A DNA stretch of 64,000 nt from Patellaria atrata CBS 101060 (lineage: Eukaryota): NCBI GenBank assembly GCA_010093705.1, contig MU006089.1, positions 2,839,561 to 2,903,560 on the forward strand, written 5' to 3'. The notes under the pieces are model-generated. The model did no database searches. It had not been told where the DNA came from and saw only the letters and a list, made by a program, of their open reading frames with translations. The translations under genes and the position numbers were made by a program. Within the stretch, counting starts at the first letter, position 1. Every line of letters starts with the position of its first letter. Positions 37,925 through 48,304 of this stretch are shown here, piece by piece.

Positions 37925-38005
37925 CGCAGCCGCCGGGAATTGAACCCGTAACGCAGGTTGTGTCGTTTAAAGCGGGATACTGGTGCACCACTAGGCCAAA
38001 GCTCC
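37925..38005 (-). pseudogene. Degenerate tRNA-like element (pseudo-tRNA or tRNA-derived repeat head)
   Basis: Minus strand has A-box TGGCCTAGTGG and B-box/T-arm CGGG-TTCAATT-CCCG at tRNA-like spacing. Acceptor stem only partly paired; D and anticodon stems broken. Confidence 0.45.
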
Positions 38006-38495
38006 ATGAGTTTCGGGAAGAACCGCGCAATTGGGGATATATAAGGTGCGAGGGAGGAATGCGGAGTGGGAATGTGCGGGAACAGTGTTTGGAAAGGATG
38101 GTGGGTGAGGGAAAGGAACGTGTAAATGAAAGTGTTACTTTGAGCGCGAACGAGCAAGTCTTGGTGTAGGAAAATGTGACTTCTTTAGAGATGGATGTTT
38201 TTGCACATGGGAATGAAGACGTTGACTCTCCCACAAAATTTCTCGAGCCTTATTTATTTGCACATAGCCCAGACTCCTTTCAAATTTCCAACTCTTCATA
38301 CTCTATCGCCGCTCTCTGGCGTCCCACATCCGCAACAGCAGATCTTATAATGATTCTACCTAGCATAAACAATGTCGGACAGCTTATCGGGATGGGTTCC
38401 CTTCCCGAAAGATGAAGGTTGATGCAGTATCGTTAGCTACCTTGGTCGTCGATGAGTAAACCTTCCAAGTACGCTCGTCCATTGGATCTCCAAAG

Positions 38496-39692
38496 ATAAG
38501 CAATCCGATCTGTCAGCATCCGAGGACTCGCTAAGATGAAGAAAGAAAGTGTATCGATATGATGCTCAGCTTTACGCTGACATTTATTGTTTGTGGAGAA
38601 CATTTCACCTTCAAGACGTTCCGACTTCATGGCCGCTCTGCCTACGATCATTGCTTTTGAAGAGGTACAACAAGAGATATCATGGATGAAAAAGATGAGA
38701 AATACCTACTGGACACTCCTGCGCACGCTGCACACTCTTAGCTATAGAGGCTAAGAAATACTCAGAGTCCTGGCCGTTATACAATTTTACCAGTACGGAA
38801 GACAAGTGATCCTAACCAAATGATTTGGTATCCTGAGCACTGGCTATGATGAAGAAACAATCACGACGGCGGCGTGATGCTCAGCTGTTTGCCGACACAA
38901 CTACTGGTTGTAGGTCTTTATTACCTTCGGTCGACTCTAACTTCACGGGCGATTTGGGGATTGTCGTTGTGTTCCAGCTGGATTGACCTGAAACTTTCGT
39001 AGTTGTAGATCAACAACCTCATTAGATACCTGCATGCTAGTACCCCTTTAGACGAAGGAATATGAGATCTTCGAAGCCATGACCGTTAGGTGTTTGAACG
39101 CAAATGATTCGAACCATCGAAACGAGGTTGCTATTTGTCTGGCAAAGTTGTCCAGAGGCAAGTGATCCTGATACCATTTTCGCTCTGAGTACTTGCTACG
39201 ATGAGGATACAATGATTGTTAAGTTGATGCTCAGCTTTGTGCTAACCATTCTGCTCTCTCTAGGAAGTATCAGACCCTTAGAAACGTCGGACTCAAATCA
39301 CAACCATGTCGACCCCTGTTTACTGCTTTAAGCTCTATAGGGAACTGTCTCCTGAGTGATATCAACCTTGATCGGGTTCTCCAAGGCAAGTGATCACCAT
39401 TCTTATGCATGTGAATACTAGTTACGATGACGACAAACCGCTTGTATTGCGATGCCCAGTTTTGCGCTAAATCTTCCTCTTTTCCTAGGAGTCGCTTATG
39501 CGTAAAATCGTCAAATTCACGTCGCAGCTAAATGTGACACTTTGGCAAAACCTCATCTGAACAGTCCACGGACCGTTCGATATTGATGGCTTTTTTTTAA
39601 GGCAAGTGATCATTTGTTGACTTTTTTCTGAGTCCTCGGTACTACAAAGAGAATCGGGGATATTGTGATTTTCAGCTCATGCTTTCATGTAG
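38496..39692 (+). repeat. Degenerate array of five related intron-shaped modules
   Basis: Units at 38496, 38802, 39158, 39386 and 39602 share RCAAGTGATC...CTGAG..CT..CTACGATGA...TGATGCTCAGC...GCTRAC...TAG to varying degrees. Confidence 0.75.
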
Positions 39693-40212
39693 GATATGCT
39701 GGAATGTGGTGTCTCGAAACCACTTGACTCCATCTCCAAGGGCGTTGGTTTGTCAGTTTCGGCTTCATCCACTGGTCGTCAGAAATGATGCTATACGGTA
39801 GCAGCTAGGGCCTATTTCTGGTGCACCAACCTCGAGGAATCGCTCGTAGCATTCCAAATGGAGGAACAGATGATGTTGGAGAGTACTTGATGGAAAGCGA
39901 GCTGAAACGTTTCTGAATCCACGGAGAGACATGATCATAGAGGCGGTGGTAAAAAGGAGTGATCAGCTTAGCTTAGCTCAAATATAAATCTTCATGTTTA
40001 TCACATTATATTTCATTTTCTACTTGAATACCCAGATTGTTCACCTTGATTGTGCAATTTGAAAATCATGGGGAGGAGTGGACGTCGAAACGGAAACGAA
40101 CCGTGCAACAAGAACACATCCCGACCCGGTCCACCCCGCTCCGCTCCACCTGTCAATATCATCCCAATCATCATCCCCAACCCCCCCACTTCCTACTCAG
40201 ACCTCCATAACC

Positions 40213-41348
40213 ATGAGCACCCCCAAAGCCGACGCAGAAGTGACGGTCCGACGAAACCCCCACCCCGACTTCCCGGCCGTCGAAGCCTCGCGGCCACTCT
40301 GGCACGAGCATCCCCTCACCTTCACGCAGCAGCAGAACCCGAGCTGGAAACTGGGAGACGGGGCCGACGACGGGGGAAAGAGCTTAAAACTCGCGGACAG
40401 CCCCGGGCACAGGGAGATTGACCCGTACGAGGAAGGACGGCCGGCGGTGTTTAACTACAAGTTGATGATCTCGGCGGTGGTGCCGAGGCCTATTGGTTGG
40501 GTTGGTACGAGGACGAAAGAGGGTATGTTGATGGGTCCTTTCGACACATTATAGGCAGATAGATATGGAGAGAGGGAGAGGGGAGCGTGTAATCGATGGA
40601 GGCAAAGGAGAACATAGCAAACTGTAACCATCTCACTGTACATAACCCGCGCTAGACTAATGCCCATCCCTCTTCACCTCAACAGGAACCACAAACCTCG
40701 CCCCCTTCTCCTACTTCAACATGATGAACCACGACCCGCCCATCTTTACGCTGGGCTTCTCAGGCGGCTTCGCCAGGCCCAAAGATACGCTGTCTATCCT
40801 TGTTGAGACAGGTGAATGTATTGTTTTGTCCCTTCCTTACCCCTATCCCCTATCCCCTATTCTTCCTTCTCATAAACCACCCACCAATCTAAACAGGTAC
40901 CATAAACATCATATCCGAGCCCCTCCTAGCAGCCGCAAACAGCACTTCCATCAACGCGCCCCTCGGGATCTCCGAGTTCGCACTCTCCGGTCTCCACGAA
41001 GCATCCTGCACCCTTGTCTCCGCGCCACGAATCAAAGAAGCCGTCTTCAGCGTCGAAGGTAAATTGCTGGAGACGAAAGAATATGAAAGCCGACACACCC
41101 CCGGGAAGAAAACTGGCGTTGTCGCGATCGTGGAGGGCCTGCGGTTCTGGGTAAGGAGGGACGCGGTGGATGAGGACGGGAAGCTTGTGAATCCGGGGGT
41201 GCTGAGGCCGATGGCGAGGATGGGCGGGATAAGTTATGGGAAGGTGACCGAGGTGGTAGAGATACCACGGCCGCAGTGGGAGGAGGTTGCGAGAGATAAG
41301 TCGGCGCGAGAGCTGGTGGGGTCGTTGACCGGGCAGCGGGGATTGTGA
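40213..41348 (+). CDS. Flavin reductase-like (FMN-binding split barrel) protein
   Basis: RNPHPDF..VEASRP, NYKLMISAVVPRPIGWV, NLAPFSYFNMMNHDPP, KDTLSILVETG, LRPMARMGGISYG; two introns. Confidence 0.9.
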
Positions 41349-41471
41349 AATGTTTGTATGTAGAAATGACTAATGGTGATAGATTTTATAGAAAGTGCAA
41401 CTCTGTATACGTGGTCTATAGAGTATCTTAATGGAGTTTTTCCATGGTTCTAGTCACGTGTAACAAAGCAC

Positions 41472-44400
41472 TTAAACATACCGCAACCGCTCCTCGGACC
41501 AAGCAGGCCTCAAGTACTCGCTATCAAACCTACTATTCCACCCACTGTTCAGAACATAGTCCGTCTTCCAGGTAATATCGACCTTTGCACCTTCGTCACT
41601 CTGCGCCCACACTGCAAGACCTATCGTGTTGTCACCAGCATAGTTCAGTATTCCTGGCGGGATCGGATATTCAATCTGATGCCCAATATAAGGATTGAAC
41701 TTTCCATACTGATATCCATTGACGAAAAGCTGTGCTCTAAGTTTATTCGTTCCCGGCGCGTTGAGTGTGAAAGAGATCGATACATCCTTGCCTACGGGAA
41801 TATCTAATGGGACAACGGTGCGGTAGAACCGCACGCCAGCTCCTTCGAATCCGGTAGACGGATCACCCGCTTCGAAGTTCGAGTCATCGAATCCGGGAAG
41901 ATGCCAACCGAGACGTTCTGCAGTCAGCCCTCCTTCGTTGAGTGGGGCACGAACAGGATCCAGGACAACACCATCATTACCACCTGCTTCACCTGCAATT
42001 TTCCAACAAGTGAAGGTTGCATTAGATGAGCCGAGTAGAGTTGCGTTGAGGATACCCCGCGGATATAGGGAGAGTGAACGTAGGTCATGACCAGTGTTGT
42101 CCTGGACCATGAGAAGAACGTTGGGCGCGGTAGAGTTGTTCAGGGTTACATTACCGAAGGAAATCGTCATATTTCCGTAACCCAACGACCCGGTGGATGA
42201 GTTTCCAAAGTATGAGCCTATGAACTTGCCGTTAAGGAAAGCAGACCAACCAAATGCATTTCCCCCTTGGACTGCTAGGTAAACGCCTGTTGCTGGACCC
42301 TTAAAGTAGCCACGGAAGAGATGGAGACTATTATGAAACCCGTAGTCATCTACATAGAGGACAGGAAGAGTGTCAGGTTTGAAAATATTAGGTGTCTCGG
42401 TATGATTCGCATCAGCCCATGCAATACCGCTATCATTGTAACTTGGGAGACGCTCTGGGAGACTATCCTTCGCCTTCCAGTTGTTGAGCGGTGGAAGCTG
42501 AACCATGCCAGAATCAACTGCAGGAATCTTCGCGGTTAAACTACCATAGCCGGTCCTCATTGTTCTCAAGGCTTTACCATTCCAGGTAATATTCTTTGCA
42601 ACATGGGGTGCGAAGACCTCAATTGAAGTAGCGTTATCAGAATCACCAGTCAACGAAATAGTTTTCTTGTTCCCCGTGAGTTCGGCGCTACGGACAAGAT
42701 ATGGTCCTTGCACAAGGACTATGGAAGTTAGAAAGGAAATCATATGCAAGGTACAAGTCACAGGTAGTCTTACCTGACTGATCTACTGGAGCAAAAGGAT
42801 CAATGGATAAGTTCGGCGCCCAGAATCTGTAAGCATACGATCTATCCACAACAATGACTTTCACATCATTGTCAAACTCTATTACCGTCATTCCAGTTGA
42901 CTGAGTAAGCCCAACAATAAGGCCCTCCCGTCTGCGATGGAACTTCACACTGGTAGTCCTTTGATCTTTCTCAACAGATCCCTTTCTTGCTCCCTTAAGG
43001 AAGAACTCGGCAAGTTCTCCTGTCGGGACCCAGAGGACAAGTACGGGACATTTGTCCAATACTGCATATGTAAGGACCTCCGCAGTGGAGTAGATCAAAG
43101 TCGCAGTCCCAAACCTAAAGTCGGTGACAAGGATCTTTGACTGATGGCCATTGAGAATGACAGATCCGCCATATTGAGGAATAGTAAGTGCACCAACGGA
43201 GGTATTAACACGCAGTTGAAATGACTCCCTAGTGCCGGATGATGACTGACTGTGAATTGTCACGTAGAATCCGGCTCCCGTTTCAGGATTTCGTAGCTCA
43301 CTTGCCTTGACCGCCGGATTCGTAGAATAGCTAGTGCTATTTCCGATTCTGTTCGTCACAGTCAAGTCCTCCGCGGCTCGTGTGAACATCGCGAGATTCT
43401 TTGTTTCGTAGTATTTAGCTCCAATGGTGCGGTTTTCACTGATTGGGGAAGAATAGTCATAACTGGTAGCAGTGACTGGGCAAGCAAATGCACCCCAGTT
43501 GGTCCCCCCGTACATCATGTACAGACTGATAGCAGTCACCCTTTGAGCTATGAGATCTCGGTAAAATAGGTTTGCGAAATCAGGTCCTATGTCATTCGGA
43601 CAACCACCTTGAGGACCTCCCCACGGATTATAAGAACCACCCTGGAATTCAGGGAAAAACCTGGGCTGTGTGTTGGAATTCTCGACGAAATGATCATAGT
43701 AATTAATTGTCTGATAGGCAACATATTCACCATTTGTGCCAGTACACTCCTCAAGATTACAGCTCCAGCACTAGGACCCATTAGTTTCTGGTACCTAACT
43801 TGACTTGATTAACTTACCGAGGGATAACTATCTAAACCAGCAACATCGACATTTCCTGTAGCGTTAGAAAAGTCTTTCGACCATGAAAACGATCGCATAT
43901 TCGGATCATTGTGAATTACAGGAACTGTAATGCCATTCTTCCTGGAAGAGTCTTGAAGTAATCTCATATATTCTCCGGCGGGTTGGTTTGGTACTCTACT
44001 CAGAGGGTTTCCTATCCATTGCTCGCCATATTCGTTTTCCATCTGGTAAACCAGCATATTCCCATCATTTGTAACCTGGTGTTGACTTGCGATTTGAGAA
44101 AAATTGCCCCAATACGGTTTCCAGGCATTAGTATACCTTGGATCGTTATCTCTTAGCTCCCCATATGCACCTGTTGTCAACCATAGGGGAAACCCCCCTG
44201 CATTTGTTTCTGCATTGACGTAAGGTCCTGGTCTAACGATGATGTATAGTCCGACTTTCTTAGCAATCTCGAACAGAGGCGTAATATCATGTGCGCCAGT
44301 AGTAAAGTCCAATGTTGACGGGGAAGAGCTATGATAGCCCCAGTGGCCGTAGAAAGCATACGCTGTGAACCCTGCTGCTTTGATCTTCTGTAAAAGGTCT

Positions 44401-44630
44401 TCCCAGACCTCTGGTACGGGTATTCGCCAATAGTGAAGCTCTCCGGAGAAGACAAACAGTCTTTTACCATTTATCTGGAAGCTGAAATGATCCCATTCGA
44501 CTACCTCGTTTAAGCCATTGTCATGCAATGGCCATTGCTCGGGAGTCGTTACCTGACTACAAGTACTCGGTATATAGGCTAACAAGAAAATGAGAGATAA
44601 ACAATTTCCCAAGCTCTTTAAGAGTTTCAT
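41472..44630 (-). CDS. Secreted beta-galactosidase, glycoside hydrolase family 35 (LacB-like)
   Basis: Signal peptide, [25 protein letters not shown] (acid/base Glu), PEFQGG (nucleophile Glu), [32 protein letters not shown]; two introns. Confidence 0.96.
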
Positions 44631-45465
44631 ACTGTATAACAAGCTCTAGAAAGCATAGCCCGCGATAGAAGATGTAAGAAGTCATCATGGGGAAGAAGAT
44701 GATGATAAGACGGGTGGGGTTGAGCTATTGTCTGGCATGACGAGATGCTCAATTTGCAAGTTCCACAATTAGGCGATTAATGAAAATGTTAGCGATTGGG
44801 TAATTATGCTTTGAACAGTATCAGCGATGCATCCTCAAGGATCTCACTGAGAGCAAAGCAGGTTAGATGTCAATGATCAGGGGATATTGCGGGGAACACG
44901 GAGGCGGACGGACTCCATTGTAATATGAGTCCCAGTAACGTTTGGCTTGGAAGTTTGAGATGATCTCCTATCCTAGAGATGATTAACCGAATGCCTGGTT
45001 ACTCGATTGCTCACTCAGAAGAAACTCGGATGAGAAGTGGAAAATTTCTTTGGGGGAGACACAACGTATTAACCAAATTTGGAACCCCGGATTAAAGTGA
45101 CCCGAAGCGGAGAACGAACTTCGACCTCCAGGTACTGTAAGATCCTCAACCTCTGGACATGTTGAGATCAGTATAAACTCACTCACAATATCCTCGAATT
45201 CGCAATTGAAGTTGCAAGCATCTTTGAGAGGTTTTACAAGCGGAGATATCGTGAGTCTTATATGACACCCTTGACGGTATGACTTCTGGAGCTTTCTTTA
45301 GGGTTGACCACCAAAGGTATGACCTTAGGTGAAATTCATGGGTGAGAGATGGATGGTTATTCTATGTCCTCGAACAGTATGAATGGAGTGAAAAGAGTGT
45401 GGTCTCTCAGTTTCTCATACCTCTCTAAGAGTCAAATGAAGATGGCTCCTATCCAGTATAAAGAT

Positions 45466-45510
45466 CTTCTTCTTCTTCTTCTTCTTCTTCTTCTTCTTCT
45501 TCTTCTTCTT
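45466..45510. repeat. (CTT)15 microsatellite
   Basis: Read directly; lies just downstream of a TATAAA at ~45457. Confidence 0.95.
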
Positions 45511-45633
45511 CTCTCCTCTCTTCCCTCCGTAAAAGAAATCCTCAGTCAAATTCCCTCCAAATTCTGATAATCACCCTCCAAATTCTAATAATCAAACCAC
45601 TATCCCCTATAATCCGATATCAACCTTGCAAAA

Positions 45634-46273
45634 ATGTTGCCTCAAAGCATCACCGCACTCCTTGCTCTAGCTCTTCTGAACCTGAGCGCTGCCACAGCTC
45701 ACCCTAGTCCTTCTGGTTCTCCTACACCACAGCCATCCAATACGGTCCAGATGACTCCAACCGCCAAGGGATTTGAAGCAGCACCAAGTCCTTCCTCTCC
45801 ACGGGCACCTATAGCTGACGCGCCAAAGTACAGTGTCCAAAAATTTACCGAACCAGCATGCGCAAGCCATCGAGCTGCCATCTGGGGGTGCGAGGAAAGT
45901 AACTTAACCAAATGCTATCGATTCACGGATGTTTGCCTTGGACGCTGCTACAGGCTTCCCTCATGGGCGGATAATAAATGGAGCTCATTAAAGGTTGGAG
46001 GGCTCACATATAATCAGCAAGGGACTGTTCGAGCCCTTTGTACCACTCAAACGGTATGTGGCTATGAAGTACCCTCACATTTTGCCCATTGCTAATATCC
46101 AAATTTGCAGAAGTGCTGATTGCAAAGATTGGTGGGAAGCATTTGTACCAGAATGGAACAGCTGTGGTAAGGAATGTTTGGACTATTTTTCGTCGGTCAC
46201 TCACATTAGTGAGCTACTTGGAAACTTTGCAAAAAATATTAGTAGCTTTAAGTGCTATCCGAACCTGAATTAA
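45634..46273 (+). pseudogene. Small secreted Cys-rich protein, paralogue 1 (out of frame by one base at the intron donor)
   Basis: Signal peptide MLPQSITALLALALL; IWGC..C..C..CYRLPSW..WSS. Intron 46054-46110 spliced as written gives K-C-stop, but the next frame continues SADC..CGKECL..ISSFKC. Confidence 0.7.
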
Positions 46274-46738
46274 GTTAGGCGCGGACAATTTCGTCCTTCT
46301 AGGGGTGTATGATCACTATGGTGTGAGCTCAGAGCTCTACTGATATCTCTTCCTTCTACTTTCCCCTATTCCTTGTATTTCATCTATAATTGTAGAATAA
46401 ATTACTTTCCTAAATTGGCAAATTCCATCTTTTGCGTACCTAGTGATCCTACTGATGTATGCGTCACCAATTTCGGTTTAGATAGCTAGTCTTAGTAGCC
46501 TATGATTTCAATTCAGTTAAAATACACTTACGCCCACAACCTGAAATTCCGGAATTTCCCCAAGACGAAACGCTGAATGGTATTAGTCCAAGTACTCTCT
46601 ACAGCTTGATGAACAAAGATATGACCTAGTCCTCGAGATTGTTCACCTCATGGGGACTCAAAATAAGATAAGTCTTCTCCAATATAAAGGTCCGCTCCAT
46701 GCACCAGATCTAGTAAAAAGCAACGTGCCGAAACAGAA

Positions 46739-47322
46739 ATGTTCTCTCGGAAAGGGACTTTATCTCCTAGCCATTGCTATCTCCAACTGGCATTCAGTCC
46801 AAGCCGACGATTTTTTGGTCACTATCACCATACCCGAGCCCACCGTCTCACCAGCACCCAAAGGATTTGCTCACCCTGTTTCGGTTGACAACGTGAAGGG
46901 CGGTAGGGAAAAAGGTTCCATATGAGGCTGTAAGGGTGATCACCTAATAGAATGCTACCACTATACCTATGCTCAACTCAGCACCTGCTACGTGCTTCCC
47001 CTTTGGGCCGCAAACTCCTGGAATTCATTTGCGCTTGGAGAAAAGATTGGACATAACGTTTATGGTATCGAGACATATAACTGCTCTGTATCTTCGTAAG
47101 TGAACGAAATTTTACTCCCACTAAGACTGGGCGGTCAAATACTGACGAATGCTGGGTTAGGGACCGTAAGTGTGAGAATTTCGCGGCGGTAAAATTTATG
47201 GGCGAGAGGACTGACCCACCGTGTGAGGGAACTTGCTTAAGGGCGAAGGGTTTACATCAGATAATGGCGTGAGGAGCTTTTTATGCGTCATAAGCAACTA
47301 CAGGACCTATGTCAATCCTTGA
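46739..47322 (+). pseudogene. Small secreted Cys-rich protein, paralogue 2
   Basis: Frameshift in the signal peptide, TGA at 46923-46925 where paralogue 1 has Trp (I*GC), CYVLPLW, intron 47096-47160, CEGTCL, then frameshifted VRSFLC. Confidence 0.7.
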
Positions 47323-47735
47323 TATCTCCTACAGCTATATCTTCCATTCTCTCCTACTGTACAATATACAATCAAGGATTTGTCGAATTATTGGAGATTA
47401 ATGTGCAGTAATGACACTATTATGCAGTTAGCTGCCAGATATAACATTCCTCGACTTTAGACAGACCTCGATAAATCCTAAGTAGTGCTGTAATAGGACA
47501 GTTGCCACGTAAGCGATGAAAATGTCATATGAGTTCCAGATGAGCCTCGGTCACTATATTTGTGAGAGTAACGGCTCTTCATTCCCTGTTGTGTCAGGCG
47601 ACTGAATCATTATCAAAAAAAAATGCAACTCCATTCCTTCATGTTTTCTTTCCATGATCTTCTTCTTCGTACTTCAGCACCTGGCTATTTGGTATTTCAG
47701 AACTTTAAACTTATCAAATTCCATCGAGAGACAAT

Positions 47736-48304
47736 ATGTTACCTCAAAGTACACATTACTTTCTAGTCTTTGGACTATCACACTTTGCTCCTGTCCTTGG
47801 ATTCAAAGTTGACGGGAATTTTAGATTATTTGGCCTTGAGCCTACTTTGGTTACTGCAGCGCAACCTACGGCTTCAAGGGCAATTTTCAAAGTTCAATCT
47901 TGGGTTGTGAAAATGGAGACCTGACCGGCTGTGATCACTACACCCATCCTTGTCTCCGAAACTGTTACGTCCTATCATCCTGGAGCAAGAAGAAGTGCCG
48001 TTCCATCCAAACAGGGGGGATTTATGGACACCGTGGGGGATCAGTCGCTGCATGTTTCGTTTACGAATAGGTTGTCAAAAAGAAACTCTAATCCTTTGCA
48101 AGAATTAATCATCACTAATGAATCCCGTTCAATATTGATGAAGAGTGTGCTGGGGATCAATGGGTTGATATTGAGTATTCAGACATTAATGAGACAAGGC
48201 CTTGTGATGAAGCTTGTTTGAATGAGTTGTATTCAGACTCGACTCACATTGGGGAGGGTATCAGCAGCTTTATCTGTAGAGCGAAGCTACTGGAATATGC
48301 TTAA
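47736..48304 (+). pseudogene. Small secreted Cys-rich protein, paralogue 3
   Basis: MLPQSTHYFLVF start, frameshift before ILGCENGDLTGC..CYVLSSW, donor apparently mutated (ATAGGT at 48067), second exon EECAG..PCDEACL..ISSFIC. Confidence 0.7.

Noticed and set aside
38496..39692. Repeat-spacer layout reminiscent of a CRISPR array, and ATGA..GA hairpins reminiscent of SECIS elements
   Set aside because: Eukaryotic context, no cas genes, and units are long, degenerate and irregularly spaced. The ATGA-to-GA distance is too short for a SECIS and no selenoprotein ORF lies upstream.
45349..45567. Poly-leucine ORF resembling a TM peptide
   Set aside because: Translation of the (CTT)15 microsatellite.
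46923..46925. In-frame TGA at a Trp position, suggesting recoding or an alternative genetic code
   Set aside because: The same copy also has frameshifts, and intact genes in the window use TGG for Trp and TGA as stop; a nonsense mutation is simpler.
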